A stretch of DNA of 64,000 nt from Escherichia coli (GTDB lineage Bacteria; Pseudomonadota; Gammaproteobacteria; Enterobacterales; Enterobacteriaceae). Of this stretch, positions 13,785 through 25,497 are shown in pieces. A program made the position numbers and the translations under genes. The stretch lies in assembly GCF_044324875.1 (NCBI RefSeq), contig NZ_CP172185.1. One strand, written 5' to 3'. Under the pieces are notes generated by a model. That model ran no database searches, was not told where the DNA came from, and was given only the letters and a program-made list of their open reading frames with translations. Numbering within the stretch: the first letter of the stretch is position 1; each line of letters opens with the position of its first letter.

Positions 13785-15074
13785 TTAGCTGAACAGAGAG
13801 TAGAAGATTGCGGAGATTGCAATCAGACCCATCACGACAACGAATACGTTGCTGATGTGACCGCTGTACTTACGCATTGCCGGTACTTTCTGAATTGCGT
13901 ACATCGGCATCAGGAACAGGATCATCGCGATGATTGGGCCGCCCAGGGTTTCAATCATACCCAGGATGCTCGGGTTCAGGGTGGCAACAATCCAGGTCGT
14001 TACCAGCATGAACAGCGCAGTAATACGGTTCAGCTTGTTGATTTCGATAGACTTACCTTTACCACGCAGAGATTTAATCACCATACCGTTGAAGCCTTCA
14101 CGTGCGCCCAGGTAGTGGCCGAGGAAGGATTTGGTGATAGCGATAATCGCGATAATCGGTGCCATCCACGCGATAACCGGTGCGTTAAAGTGGTTAGCCA
14201 GGTAAGACAGAATCGAGATGTTCTGCTCTTTAGCCGCAGCCAGGTCTGCCGGAGTCAGGCTCAGTACGCAGCTGAATACGAAGAACATTACGGTCAGCAC
14301 CATCATGATGTGTGCGAATGCCAGGATCTTCGAGCATTTCTGTTCTGCCATATCGCCGTACTCTTCACGCTTCGCAACAGCGAAAGAAGAGATGATCGGA
14401 GAGTGGTTGAACGAGAACACCATTACCGGAATTGCCAGCCACAGGGTCATCCACAGACCGTTTCCGGTTGCCGATGCAGTGTCCAGAGACAGCGTTTCCA
14501 GTGCTGCGCCGTTCCACTGCGGGATCAGGTACAGAGCCAGCAGCATCAGTACGCCAACAAACGGGAATACCAGAATACTCATCGCTTTAACGATCATCTG
14601 CTCACCGAAGCGAACGATGGTCATCATACCCACGATCAGGATCAGCGACAGAATCGCACGCGGCGGTGGTGTCATACCCAGCTGGTGAGACATGAAGCTT
14701 TCAACTGTATTGGTGATTGCCACGCTATAAACCAGCAGGATCGGGTAGATAGCGAAGAAGTAGAGCAGGGTAATCAGTTTACCTGCGCCAATACCAAAGT
14801 GTTCTTCTACAACCTCGGTGATGTCTTCGCCCGGGTTTTTACCAGACAGTACGAAGCGAGTCAGACCGCGGTGAGCAAAAAATGTCATCGGGAACGCAAG
14901 GATAGCCATGATGATCAGCGGGATCATACCGCCAACACCGGCGTTGATTGGCAGGAACAGCACGCCCGCGCCGATTGCCGTGCCGTAAAGGCCCAGCATC
15001 CACATGGTGTCTGTCTTGCGCCAGGCACTACGAGAGTCTTTCGACGCAATCGTGCTGGTTTGAGTCGTTTCCAT
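13785..15074 (-). CDS. sdaC: serine:H+ symporter SdaC
   Basis: 429-aa polytopic HAAAP-family transporter ORF; synteny with sdaB. Confidence 0.95.
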   Translation of the reverse strand: METTQTSTIASKDSRSAWRKTDTMWMLGLYGTAIGAGVLFLPINAGVGGMIPLIIMAILAFPMTFFAHRGLTRFVLSGKNPGEDITEVVEEHFGIGAGKLITLLYFFAIYPILLVYSVAITNTVESFMSHQLGMTPPPRAILSLILIVGMMTIVRFGEQMIVKAMSILVFPFVGVLMLLALYLIPQWNGAALETLSLDTASATGNGLWMTLWLAIPVMVFSFNHSPIISSFAVAKREEYGDMAEQKCSKILAFAHIMMVLTVMFFVFSCVLSLTPADLAAAKEQNISILSYLANHFNAPVIAWMAPIIAIIAITKSFLGHYLGAREGFNGMVIKSLRGKGKSIEINKLNRITALFMLVTTWIVATLNPSILGMIETLGGPIIAMILFLMPMYAIQKVPAMRKYSGHISNVFVVVMGLIAISAIFYSLFS

Positions 15075-15629
15075 CTATTTCTCCTGGAGGAATGCAAATA
15101 ATTCAGCTTTTAGCCAGTTCAGCCCGGGAAGGTGCCTGACCGTAAAAATGAAATCTGTCTATCGGCGATGGCTTAATCATTTACCGCCGTAATAATTTGA
15201 GGGCGGAAAGATACACACAAGTTATGTATCTATCAGTGATCTTGATCCCAAATACAATAATCTACTTGGAAGATAGATTATCCCAACGCTTTACTCTGTA
15301 AATCAAAAGTAAAAGAGAATTTAAGGGCAATATTTGCCCATTAAACGACATCTGACTTCTTCCGGGGCGCGCAATATATGTAGGTTGAACTGAAAAAATC
15401 AATACTTTTAGTTAATCATGGCGATAATTTCTTTTTCATAGCGATAAAATGTGGTTTATGAAAATAGGTAAACGTTTGCGTTACAACATAAATTGTATGA
15501 CATATTAACTGTAATGATATTTATCGCGTGAGGGTGGTAAGAAACATTCATATAACAAATGAAATAAATTGATGGGTATGTGACCAAAAACGAGAAAACC
15601 CGGCAACAAACGTCACCGGGGGAGGGAGA

Positions 15630-16994
15630 TTACGTGCAGATTTCGTAGCAAGGGATGTAGGCTGAGCCTGGCAACTTCATACGATGCTGGGCAACAAAAC
15701 CCTGTAGCAGGTCATCCATACGACGCATAATCTCTTTATCGCCGTTGATTTTATAAGGACCAAACTCTTCAATGGCGCGAATACCGACTTCTTTTACGTT
15801 ACCCGCCACAATACCGGAGAACGCACGGCGCAGGTCGGCAGCCAGCACTTCAACGGGTTGATCCGGGTAAAGCTTCAGATTAGCCATATTCTCGTGAGAC
15901 GGCTCAAACGGCATTTGCAAATCTGGCGCAATGCGCATTGACCAGTTAAAGCTGTAGGCATCGCCTGTGTCGCGGCGATTTTCTTTCACCAGCGGCATCG
16001 ATTTTTTCATCTGACGAGCGACTTCAGCGGCGTCATCAATGATGATGCGGTAATGGCGGCGCGCGTTTTCACCCAACGTATGCACGACAAACTCGTCCAG
16101 TACGCGGAAGTAGTCGGCGCTCTCTTTCGGGCCGGTGAGGATCAATGGTAAAACCTGATCTTTGTTGGCCGGGTTCATTAAAATTCCCAGCAAATACAGC
16201 AACTCTTCTGCCGTACCCACACCGCCAGGGAAGATAATGATACCGTGAGCGATACGGACAAACGCTTCCAGACGTTTTTCGATATCTGGCATGATGATCA
16301 ATTCGTTGACCAGCGGGTTAGGCGGTTCAGCGGCGATAATCGACGGCTCTGTCATACCAATAAAACGACTGTCTTTGTAACGCTGCTGTGCGTGTCCGAC
16401 CGCAGCGCCTTTCATCGGCGCTTCCATCGCTCCCGGACCACAGCCGGTGCAGATATTCAGCTCACGCAGGCCCAGCTGATTCCCGACGCGACGGGCATAC
16501 AAATACTCGTTTTCGTTAATTGAGTGCCCGCCCCAGCAGACCACCATATTTGGCGCTTCACCGACATGCAGTGCGCGAGCGTTACGCAAGATGGAAAAGA
16601 CCAGGTTAGTGATGTGGACGGAGTTGTCGAGATTCAGGTTGGGAAAACGAACGGTGTTATGGATTTGCCCGTAAACGAAGAGAATGTCACGCAGAACCGC
16701 GAACAAGTTGGCCTGCAAAGCGCGAATAATTCGCCCATCGACAAAAGCCTCTTCCGGGGGATTAATCAGTTCCAGCTTTACGCCGCGTTCACGGCGCAGG
16801 ACGTTAATATCGAAATTTTCAAAACGAGACAGCAATTCTTTGCTGTTATCGGTCAAACTACCGGAGTTCAGTACGGCAAGTGAACAGTTGCGAAACAGTT
16901 GATAGAGGTCGCTGCTGGCGGTGCGTTTAAGCATATCCACTTCCAGCTGCGACAACATATCCATGGAGCCAAGCGGGCTAATATGTGTAATCAA
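15630..16994 (-). CDS. ppnN: nucleotide 5'-monophosphate nucleosidase PpnN (YgdH, LOG family)
   Basis: 454-aa ORF with a LOG/lysine-decarboxylase-like domain; synteny. Confidence 0.9.
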
Positions 16995-17105
16995 GAAAAA
17001 CTCCTTATGGGACGAATATCGTCATTCCCTTTGATTACAATAGCCCTGCCTGATGACCTTTCACAACCTTCTGCGTGAATCCAGCACGCAAAATTGAGAA
17101 AAAAT

Positions 17106-17954
17106 TTATTGCCGAACCAGTCTTGTGGTCGATGGGACAAAATCGCTATTACTGCGCCACGGGTTAATGTCCAGACCGCCACGACGGGTATAACGTGCGT
17201 AAACGCTCAATTTCTCTGGCTGGCAGAAGCGTAACAGGTCATTAAAGATGCGTTCCACGCACTGTTCGTGGAACTCGTTGTGATGACGGAAAGAAACCAG
17301 GTAACGCAGCAGTTTTTCTCTGTCAATTTGGCGTCCACGATACTGAATTTGGATCGATCCCCAATCTGGTTGATGGGTGATCAGGCAATTTGATTTCAGC
17401 AGGTGGCTGACGAGCGTCTCTTCTACTACTTTTTCGCCACTGGTGGCATTCTCCAGATAGTCAGTAGTGAATTCATAGTTATCGATAGTGATATCCTGGT
17501 CATCAATGCAAGTGCCATTGAAATGACCTATCGGTTGGCCTTCCAGTTCATCAAGACGATATAACGCCACGCTAACCTTACCCTGAGCGCAAGTGCTTAA
17601 GTCGCGCTCCAGCGTCTGGCGCACCTCATCCCAGTTATTAAAACGCGTCTGGTTAAAACTGTTGAGATAGAGCTTAAAACTCTTCGACTCAATCAGATTT
17701 GCGCTGGTGTAATCAAGTTCAACATGACCGACGGCGACCTGCGGCAAACCTTTCGCATTCAGCCAGGAAAGTTCATATAGCGTCCAGATATCCGTACCGT
17801 GAAAAGGCAGGTTATCCGCTTTCAGACCCAGCGGATCGCGATTCAGACTACGCGGAACGCCTTGCAGTAGGCTGGCGTCATAGGTATCCCGGTAATCGGT
17901 TGATTTTCCAAGAGTCAGGCCCGCAAGTGCCTGATGGTTTGCATAAGAAGACAT
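17106..17954 (-). CDS. queF: NADPH-dependent 7-cyano-7-deazaguanine reductase QueF
   Basis: 282-aa ORF; two-domain QueF type. Confidence 0.9.
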
Positions 17955-18021
17955 GTTTCACCGTCATAAACCAGATAAACTAAACGACAAGTGTATCTGG
18001 TTTAAGTGAAGAGAGAAATTA

Positions 18022-18567
18022 GTGGACGATTTGACCGCACAAGCCCTGAAAGATTTTACTGCACGCTACTGCGATGCGTGGCATGAAGAGCATAAAAGCT
18101 GGCCGTTGAGTGAGGAACTGTACGGCGTTCCTTCACCGTGCATTATTTCAACCACCGAAGACGCCGTATACTGGCAACCCCAGCCGTTTACCGGGGAACA
18201 AAATGTAAACGCGGTTGAACGCGCTTTTGATATTGTGATACAACCCACAATTCATACCTTTTATACGACTCAGTTTGCCGGGGATATGCACGCGCAGTTT
18301 AGCGATATTAAACTGACATTGCTGCAAACCTGGAGTGAAGACGACTTCCGTCGGGTGCAGGAAAATCTGATTGGTCATCTGGTGACTCAGAAAAGGCTAA
18401 AATTGCCGCCCACGCTATTTATCGCGACGCTGGAAGAAGAGTTAGAGGTGATCTCGGTGTGTAATCTCTCCGGTGAAGTGTGTAAAGAGACGCTGGGAAC
18501 ACGTAAACGGGCGCATTTAGCCTCAAATCTTGCGGAATTCCTTAATCAACTTAAGCCTCTTCTGTAA
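18022..18567 (+). CDS. syd: SecY-interacting protein Syd
   Basis: 181-aa ORF; synteny upstream of csrB. Confidence 0.9.
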   Translation: MDDLTAQALKDFTARYCDAWHEEHKSWPLSEELYGVPSPCIISTTEDAVYWQPQPFTGEQNVNAVERAFDIVIQPTIHTFYTTQFAGDMHAQFSDIKLTLLQTWSEDDFRRVQENLIGHLVTQKRLKLPPTLFIATLEEELEVISVCNLSGEVCKETLGTRKRAHLASNLAEFLNQLKPLL

Positions 18568-18586
18568 TCCAAATACCCCATCTGGT

Positions 18587-18604
18587 TGTGAGAGATCTCT
18601 TACA
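18587..18604. promoter_or_regulatory. UvrY (BarA-UvrY) binding inverted repeat upstream of csrB
   Basis: TGTGAGAGATCTCTTACA, a 16/18 palindrome about 175-190 bp upstream of the csrB 5' end. Confidence 0.75.
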
Positions 18605-18777
18605 GACTCTGTAGGAGATCGCCAGGAAATAAGCGAATACTTAAAAAGATAAGAATCGTTATTTTCATTTAAAATCAATATATTGCTTGTTAATCCTTAA
18701 CTTTCATATTAAATTTTCCTTAAGGCATTGTCTGTAAGCGCCTTGTAAGACTTCGCGAAAAAGACGATTCTATCTTC

Positions 18778-19143
18778 GTCGACAGGGAGTCAGACAACGA
18801 AGTGAACATCAGGATGATGACACTTCTGAAGGACACACCAGGATGGTGTTTCAGGGAAAGGCTTCTGGATGAAGCGAAGAGGATGACGCAGGACGCGTTA
18901 AAGGACACCTCCAGGATGGAGAATGAGAACCGGTCAGGATGATTCGGTGGGTCAGGAAGGCCAGGGACACTTCAGGATGAAGTATCACATCGGGGTGGTG
19001 TGAGCAGGAAGCAATAGTTCAGGATGAACGATTGGCCGCAAGGCCAGAGGAAAAGTTGTCAAGGATGAGCAGGGAGCAACAAAAGTAGCTGGAATGCTGC
19101 GAAACGAACCGGGAGCACTGTGAATACAGTGCTCCCTTTTTTT
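18778..19143 (+). ncRNA. csrB: CsrB, CsrA-sequestering sRNA
   Basis: Begins GTCGACAGGGAGTCAGACAACGAAG; about 20 CAGGA(U)G / GGA motifs across 366 nt; ends with GC hairpin GGGAGCACTGT-GAAT-ACAGTGCTCCC plus T-run (19110-19143); between syd and yqcC as in K-12. Confidence 0.9.
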
Positions 19144-19188
19144 ATTCCTGCTATTCTTCGCGGCAGTTTTTCTTATTGAGGTTGCTTT

Positions 19189-19518
19189 ATGACCACTCAT
19201 GACCGCGTTCGTCTCCAGTTGCAGGCGCTTGAAGCGTTACTGCGTGAACATCAGCACTGGCGAAACGATGAACCCCAGCCGCATCAATTTAATAGTACCC
19301 AACCGTTCTTTATGGACACCATGGAACCACTGGAGTGGTTGCAGTGGGTGCTGATCCCGCGAATGCACGATTTGTTAGAAAACAACCAGCCGTTACCGGG
19401 CGCTTTTGCCGTTGCTCCCTATTATGAAATGGCGCTGGCGACGGACCACCCGCAACGCGCGCTTATTCTGGCTGAGCTGGAAAAACTGGATGCTCTTTTT
19501 GCGGATGATGCGAGCTAA
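19189..19518 (+). CDS. yqcC: DUF446 protein YqcC
   Basis: 109-aa ORF; stop overlaps truC start (TAATG). Confidence 0.85.
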   Translation: MTTHDRVRLQLQALEALLREHQHWRNDEPQPHQFNSTQPFFMDTMEPLEWLQWVLIPRMHDLLENNQPLPGAFAVAPYYEMALATDHPQRALILAELEKLDALFADDAS

Positions 19519-20300
19519 TGCTGGAAATACTCTATCAGGATGAATGGCTGGTTGCGGTAAATAAACCCTCCGGCTGGCTGGTTCACCGCAGCTGGCTGGA
19601 TCGCGACGAGAAAGTAGTGGTCATGCAAACCGTGCGTGACCAGATAGGCCAGCATGTGTTTACTGCTCATCGTCTGGACCGACCAACTTCTGGTGTGTTG
19701 TTGATGGGATTATCCAGCGAGGCCGGACGGCTGCTGGCACAACAGTTTGAACAGCACCAAATCCAGAAACGTTACCATGCGATTGTGCGCGGCTGGTTGA
19801 TGGAAGAAGCAGTTCTGGATTATCCACTGGTGGAAGAACTGGACAAAATCGCTGATAAATTTGCCCGCGAAGATAAAGGCCCACAGCCAGCAGTGACGCA
19901 TTATCGCGGTCTGGCGACCGTAGAAATGCCGGTAGCGACCGGACGTTACCCGACCACGCGCTACGGCCTGGTGGAACTGGAGCCGAAAACCGGACGCAAG
20001 CACCAGCTCCGTCGCCATCTTGCCCATTTGCGCCACCCGATTATTGGCGACAGCAAACATGGTGATTTACGCCAGAATCGCAGCGGTGCTGAGCATTTTG
20101 GCCTTCAGCGGTTAATGTTGCATGCCAGTCAGTTGTCATTGACGCATCCTTTTACTGGCGAGCCGCTGACTATTCACGCGGGCCTGGACGACACCTGGAT
20201 GCAGGCGTTATCACAATTTGGCTGGCGCGGTCTGCTTCCTGAAAATGAAAGGGTTGAGTTCAGTGCGCCATCGGGTCAGGATGGAGAGATAAGTTCCTAA
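19518..20300 (+). CDS. truC: tRNA pseudouridine(65) synthase TruC
   Basis: 260-aa RluA-family ORF with [12 protein letters not shown] catalytic motif. Confidence 0.9.
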   Translation: MLEILYQDEWLVAVNKPSGWLVHRSWLDRDEKVVVMQTVRDQIGQHVFTAHRLDRPTSGVLLMGLSSEAGRLLAQQFEQHQIQKRYHAIVRGWLMEEAVLDYPLVEELDKIADKFAREDKGPQPAVTHYRGLATVEMPVATGRYPTTRYGLVELEPKTGRKHQLRRHLAHLRHPIIGDSKHGDLRQNRSGAEHFGLQRLMLHASQLSLTHPFTGEPLTIHAGLDDTWMQALSQFGWRGLLPENERVEFSAPSGQDGEISS

Positions 20301-20317
20301 TCCAGGGAGAAAACGGT

Positions 20318-20767
20318 ATGGCGGAAATTGGTATTTTTGTCGGCACCATGTACGGAAATTCGCTGTTAGTGGCGGAAGAAGCAGAAGCAATTCTGACCGC
20401 ACAGGGCCACAAAGCAACGGTATTTGAAGATCCTGAATTAAGCGACTGGCTGCCCTATCAGGATAAGTATGTTCTGGTGGTTACGTCCACGACCGGGCAG
20501 GGCGACCTTCCTGATAGCATTGTGCCGCTCTTTCAGGGAATCAAAGATACCCTGGGCTTCCAGCCGAATCTGCGTTATGGCGTGATTGCGCTCGGCGACA
20601 GTAGTTATGTGAATTTCTGCAATGGCGGCAAACAGTTCGATGCCTTGTTGCAGGAACAGAGCGCTCAGCGAGTGGGAGAAATGCTGTTGATTGACGCCAG
20701 TGAGAACCCGGAACCGGAAACGGAATCAAATCCGTGGGTCGAACATTGGGGCACGCTGTTGTCCTGA
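20318..20767 (+). CDS. yqcA: flavodoxin-like protein YqcA
   Basis: 149-aa ORF with flavodoxin fold motifs (VGTMYGNS ... [10 protein letters not shown]). Confidence 0.85.
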   Translation: MAEIGIFVGTMYGNSLLVAEEAEAILTAQGHKATVFEDPELSDWLPYQDKYVLVVTSTTGQGDLPDSIVPLFQGIKDTLGFQPNLRYGVIALGDSSYVNFCNGGKQFDALLQEQSAQRVGEMLLIDASENPEPETESNPWVEHWGTLLS

Positions 20768-21201
20768 TACGTTCAGCGAGCGGTAAATGCCGTTTTAGCG
20801 GTGCTGAATCGAATCTTTTCAGGCAAATGCCAGTAAAAACTGCTTCATAGCGCGGATTTTTACTGGCGTTTGCCTGGAGTCAAGCGATCCATTTCATACT
20901 CTTCTTTATTTCTTCGTTTTAACCCTTCCTTTCTTGTTCTTGTTTTCATTTCCGTGAAGTGGATTCCACCGTCCAGGGCTAATGCCAAAATCGGGCCTCA
21001 TTGAACGCATTAATGTTGTGTTGTTGCACGGTGAGCCACTATGGCGCGCTTTTTATACTGCTATTGCCAGATATAAACACGCGCCGTATTCGGCGAACGA
21101 CCTATAAAAACGGCAAAAAACACCCTACGTCACCTCTGATTTCCTGGCGATGTCGCAGTCCAGAGTGAGCGTGGCTAACGCGAATTTTCAGGAGTGCAAC
21201 A

Positions 21202-22554
21202 ATGAGTTCTTTAAGTCAGGCTGCGAGCAGTGTGGAAAAACGCACAAATGCTCGTTACTGGATAGTGGTGATGTTGTTTATCGTCACATCCTTCAACTAC
21301 GGCGACCGCGCTACGCTTTCTATTGCCGGTTCGGAAATGGCCAAAGATATCGGCCTTGATCCCGTGGGAATGGGCTATGTGTTCTCTGCTTTCTCATGGG
21401 CTTATGTTATCGGACAGATCCCTGGTGGTTGGTTGCTGGATCGTTTTGGTTCAAAACGCGTCTACTTCTGGTCGATCTTTATCTGGTCGATGTTTACCTT
21501 GCTGCAAGGCTTCGTCGATATTTTTAGTGGATTCGGCATTATCGTTGCCCTGTTTACGCTGCGCTTCCTGGTCGGGCTTGCTGAAGCGCCATCTTTCCCC
21601 GGCAACAGTCGCATTGTTGCGGCCTGGTTTCCGGCGCAGGAAAGGGGAACGGCGGTGTCGATTTTTAACTCCGCTCAATACTTCGCAACGGTGATCTTCG
21701 CGCCGATTATGGGCTGGCTGACGCATGAAGTGGGCTGGTCACACGTCTTCTTCTTTATGGGCGGTCTGGGCATTGTCATCAGCTTTATCTGGTTGAAAGT
21801 CATCCACGAGCCAAATCAACATCCGGGTGTAAATCAGAAAGAGCTGGAGTACATCGCCGCGGGTGGCGCGCTGATCAATATGGATCAGCAAAATACCAAA
21901 GTTAAAGTGCCGTTCAGCGTGAAGTGGGGGCAGATCAAACAGCTGCTCGGGTCACGGATGATGATCGGCGTTTATATCGGTCAGTACTGTATCAACGCCC
22001 TGACTTACTTTTTCATTACCTGGTTTCCGGTTTATCTGGTGCAGGCGCGTGGGATGTCGATCCTGAAAGCGGGCTTTGTGGCTTCCGTTCCGGCGGTTTG
22101 CGGTTTTATCGGCGGTGTGCTGGGTGGGATTATTTCCGACTGGCTGATGCGCCGCACGGGATCGCTGAACATTGCGCGTAAAACACCGATCGTAATGGGC
22201 ATGTTGCTGTCGATGGTGATGGTGTTCTGCAACTACGTCAACGTTGAGTGGATGATCATCGGTTTTATGGCGCTGGCCTTCTTCGGTAAGGGCATCGGGG
22301 CGCTGGGTTGGGCAGTAATGGCAGATACCGCGCCAAAAGAGATCAGCGGTCTTTCCGGTGGCCTGTTCAACATGTTCGGTAACATTTCTGGCATCGTCAC
22401 GCCAATCGCAATTGGTTATATCGTTGGCACGACTGGCTCGTTTAATGGGGCGCTGATTTATGTTGGTGTTCATGCCTTAATCGCGGTGCTGAGCTACCTG
22501 GTGCTGGTGGGCGATATCAAGCGTATCGAGCTGAAACCTGTCGCGGGGCAATAA
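21202..22554 (+). CDS. gudP: glucarate/galactarate MFS transporter GudP
   Basis: 450-aa MFS ORF at the head of gudPXD. Confidence 0.9.
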   Translation: MSSLSQAASSVEKRTNARYWIVVMLFIVTSFNYGDRATLSIAGSEMAKDIGLDPVGMGYVFSAFSWAYVIGQIPGGWLLDRFGSKRVYFWSIFIWSMFTLLQGFVDIFSGFGIIVALFTLRFLVGLAEAPSFPGNSRIVAAWFPAQERGTAVSIFNSAQYFATVIFAPIMGWLTHEVGWSHVFFFMGGLGIVISFIWLKVIHEPNQHPGVNQKELEYIAAGGALINMDQQNTKVKVPFSVKWGQIKQLLGSRMMIGVYIGQYCINALTYFFITWFPVYLVQARGMSILKAGFVASVPAVCGFIGGVLGGIISDWLMRRTGSLNIARKTPIVMGMLLSMVMVFCNYVNVEWMIIGFMALAFFGKGIGALGWAVMADTAPKEISGLSGGLFNMFGNISGIVTPIAIGYIVGTTGSFNGALIYVGVHALIAVLSYLVLVGDIKRIELKPVAGQ

Positions 22555-22555
22555 G

Positions 22556-23896
22556 ATGACGACACAATCCAGTCCTGTTATTACTGATATGAAAGTCATT
22601 CCGGTCGCCGGGCACGATAGCATGTTGCTTAATATTGGTGGGGCGCATAACGCATATTTCACTCGCAATATTGTGGTACTCACCGATAACGCCGGGCATA
22701 CCGGCATTGGTGAAGCGCCAGGCGGAGAGGTGATTTATCAGACACTGGTCGATGCTATTCCGATGGTGTTGGGCCAGGAAGTTGCGCGCCTGAATAAAGT
22801 GGTTCAGCAGGTGCATAAAGGTAATCAGGCAGCCGATTTTGATACCTTCGGCAAAGGTGCCTGGACTTTTGAATTGCGCGTTAATGCCGTGGCGGCGCTG
22901 GAAGCCGCCTTGCTTGACCTGCTAGGTAAGGCGCTGAATGTTCCGGTCTGCGAACTGTTGGGGCCAGGCAAGCAACGCGAGGCTATTACCGTCCTCGGTT
23001 ATCTGTTTTATATCGGTGATCGGACCAAAACCGATCTTCCTTATCTGGAAAATACGCCGGGCAACCATGAGTGGTATCAATTGCGGCATCAGAAAGCGAT
23101 GAACAGCGAAGCCGTTGTGCGTCTGGCGGAAGCCTCACAGGATCGCTACGGCTTTAAAGATTTCAAACTTAAGGGCGGCGTGTTACCTGGCGAGCAAGAA
23201 ATCGACACTGTTCGTGCATTGAAGAAACGCTTCCCGGATGCGCGGATTACCGTTGATCCCAACGGTGCATGGCTGCTTGATGAAGCTATTTCTCTGTGCA
23301 AAGGGCTGAATGATGTTCTTACCTATGCTGAAGATCCATGCGGAGCAGAACAGGGGTTCTCCGGACGTGAAGTGATGGCGGAGTTTCGACGGGCGACCGG
23401 CTTGCCCGTCGCGACTAACATGATCGCCACCAACTGGCGCGAAATGGGCCATGCGGTGATGCTCAATGCGGTAGATATTCCACTTGCCGATCCGCATTTC
23501 TGGACGCTTTCCGGTGCAGTCCGCGTAGCGCAGCTTTGCGACGACTGGGGGCTGACCTGGGGCTGCCATTCCAATAATCACTTCGATATCTCTCTGGCGA
23601 TGTTTACCCATGTGGGTGCGGCGGCACCGGGTAATCCTACCGCTATCGATACCCACTGGATTTGGCAGGAGGGCGATTGTCGCCTGACCAAAAATCCGCT
23701 GGAGATTAAAAACGGAAAAATTGCCGTTCCTGATGCGCCCGGTCTGGGCGTGGAACTGGACTGGGAGCAGGTACATAAGGCGCATGAGGCCTATAAACGT
23801 CTGCCTGGCGGTGCGCGTAACGACGCGGGCCCGATGCAGTACCTGATCCCCGGCTGGACCTTTGACCGTAAACGTCCCGTTTTCGGCCGTCATTGA
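22556..23896 (+). CDS. gudX: glucarate dehydratase-related protein GudX (enolase superfamily)
   Basis: 446-aa paralog of the downstream gudD. Confidence 0.9.
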   Translation: MTTQSSPVITDMKVIPVAGHDSMLLNIGGAHNAYFTRNIVVLTDNAGHTGIGEAPGGEVIYQTLVDAIPMVLGQEVARLNKVVQQVHKGNQAADFDTFGKGAWTFELRVNAVAALEAALLDLLGKALNVPVCELLGPGKQREAITVLGYLFYIGDRTKTDLPYLENTPGNHEWYQLRHQKAMNSEAVVRLAEASQDRYGFKDFKLKGGVLPGEQEIDTVRALKKRFPDARITVDPNGAWLLDEAISLCKGLNDVLTYAEDPCGAEQGFSGREVMAEFRRATGLPVATNMIATNWREMGHAVMLNAVDIPLADPHFWTLSGAVRVAQLCDDWGLTWGCHSNNHFDISLAMFTHVGAAAPGNPTAIDTHWIWQEGDCRLTKNPLEIKNGKIAVPDAPGLGVELDWEQVHKAHEAYKRLPGGARNDAGPMQYLIPGWTFDRKRPVFGRH

Positions 23897-23916
23897 TTTT
23901 GAAAAAGGACATAAAT

Positions 23917-25257
23917 ATGAGTTCTCAATTTACGACGCCTGTTGTTACTGAAATGCAGGTCATCCCGGTGGCGGGCCATGACAGTATGCTGATGAATCTG
24001 AGTGGTGCACACGCACCGTTCTTCACGCGTAATATTGTGATTATCAAAGATAATTCTGGTCACACCGGGGTAGGGGAAATTCCCGGCGGCGAGAAAATCC
24101 GTAAAACGCTGGAAGATGCGATTCCGCTAGTGGTGGGTAAAACGCTGGGTGAATACAAAAACGTTCTGACGCTGGTGCGTAATACATTTGCCGATCGTGA
24201 TGCCGGCGGGCGCGGTTTGCAGACATTTGATTTGCGGACCACTATTCATGTGGTTACCGGGATAGAAGCGGCAATGCTGGATCTGCTGGGGCAACATCTG
24301 GGGGTTAACGTGGCATCGCTGCTGGGCGATGGTCAACAGCGTAGCGAAGTCGAAATGCTCGGTTATCTGTTCTTCGTCGGTAATCGCAAAGCCACACCGC
24401 TGCCGTATCAAAGCCAGCCGGATGATAAATGTGACTGGTATCGCCTGCGTCACGAAGAAGCGATGACGCCGGATGCGGTGGTGCGCCTGGCGGAAGCGGC
24501 ATATGAAAAATATGGCTTCAACGATTTCAAACTGAAGGGCGGTGTACTGGCCGGGGAAGAAGAAGCAGAATCTATTGTGGCACTGGCGCAACGCTTCCCA
24601 CAGGCGCGTATTACCCTCGATCCTAACGGTGCCTGGTCGCTGAACGAAGCGATTAAAATTGGTAAATACCTGAAAGGTTCGCTGGCTTATGCAGAAGATC
24701 CGTGTGGTGCGGAGCAAGGTTTCTCCGGGCGTGAAGTGATGGCAGAGTTCCGTCGCGCGACTGGCCTGCCGACCGCAACCAATATGATCGCCACCGACTG
24801 GCGGCAGATGGGCCATACGCTCTCGTTACAATCCGTTGATATCCCGCTGGCGGATCCGCATTTCTGGACGATGCAAGGTTCGGTACGTGTGGCGCAAATG
24901 TGCCATGAATTTGGCCTGACCTGGGGTTCGCACTCTAACAACCACTTCGATATTTCCCTGGCGATGTTTACCCATGTAGCCGCTGCTGCACCGGGTAAAA
25001 TTACTGCTATTGATACGCACTGGATCTGGCAGGAAGGCAATCAGCGTCTGACCAAAGAACCGTTTGAGATCAAAGGCGGGCTGGTACAGGTGCCGCAAAA
25101 ACCAGGATTGGGCGTAGAAATCGATATGGATCAGGTGATGAAAGCCCACGAGCTGTATCAGAAACATGGGCTTGGTGCGCGAGACGATGCGATGGGAATG
25201 CAGTATCTGATTCCTGGCTGGACGTTTGATAACAAGCGCCCGTGCATGGTGCGTTAA
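23917..25257 (+). CDS. gudD: D-glucarate dehydratase GudD
   Basis: ORF from 23893, but [24 protein letters not shown] at 23917 with an AAAAAGGA RBS is the likely start. Confidence 0.9.
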   Translation: MSSQFTTPVVTEMQVIPVAGHDSMLMNLSGAHAPFFTRNIVIIKDNSGHTGVGEIPGGEKIRKTLEDAIPLVVGKTLGEYKNVLTLVRNTFADRDAGGRGLQTFDLRTTIHVVTGIEAAMLDLLGQHLGVNVASLLGDGQQRSEVEMLGYLFFVGNRKATPLPYQSQPDDKCDWYRLRHEEAMTPDAVVRLAEAAYEKYGFNDFKLKGGVLAGEEEAESIVALAQRFPQARITLDPNGAWSLNEAIKIGKYLKGSLAYAEDPCGAEQGFSGREVMAEFRRATGLPTATNMIATDWRQMGHTLSLQSVDIPLADPHFWTMQGSVRVAQMCHEFGLTWGSHSNNHFDISLAMFTHVAAAAPGKITAIDTHWIWQEGNQRLTKEPFEIKGGLVQVPQKPGLGVEIDMDQVMKAHELYQKHGLGARDDAMGMQYLIPGWTFDNKRPCMVR

Positions 25258-25331
25258 GACAGAAAACCAAAACCGGCTTCATAAGAAGTCGGTTTGAGAT
25301 TACTGACGAAGTGGTTTACGGGGCCGGTTTT

Positions 25332-25433
25332 CCCCCTCGCCCTTTCAGGGAGAGGGGCGGGGTGAGGGTAATCATTCGCACTTGCGTTGGCCTGTTCCCC
25401 TCACCCTAACCCTCTCCCCGGAGGGGCGAGGGG
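25332..25433. repeat. GC-rich composite palindromic repeat between gudD and barA
   Basis: Two ~37-bp units in inverted orientation (25332-25368 and 25397-25433), each internally palindromic (CCCCTCGCCC...GGGTGAGGG type). Confidence 0.6.
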
Positions 25434-25497
25434 ACTGTCTGTGCTGCTCCCAGCATTGGCATTGGACGGAACCTATTTTGACTCGACAAGACGTCCA

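Noticed and set aside
18720-19200. ORF-track ORFs 18720-18908 and 18985-19200 between syd and yqcC
   Set aside because: They fall inside the csrB RNA gene on the opposite strand; the region is better explained by the GGA-repeat sRNA with promoter and terminator.
25332-25433. tRNA or small structured RNA gene in the GC-rich palindrome between gudD and barA
   Set aside because: No cloverleaf, anticodon arm or promoter/terminator architecture; it is a symmetric repeat element.
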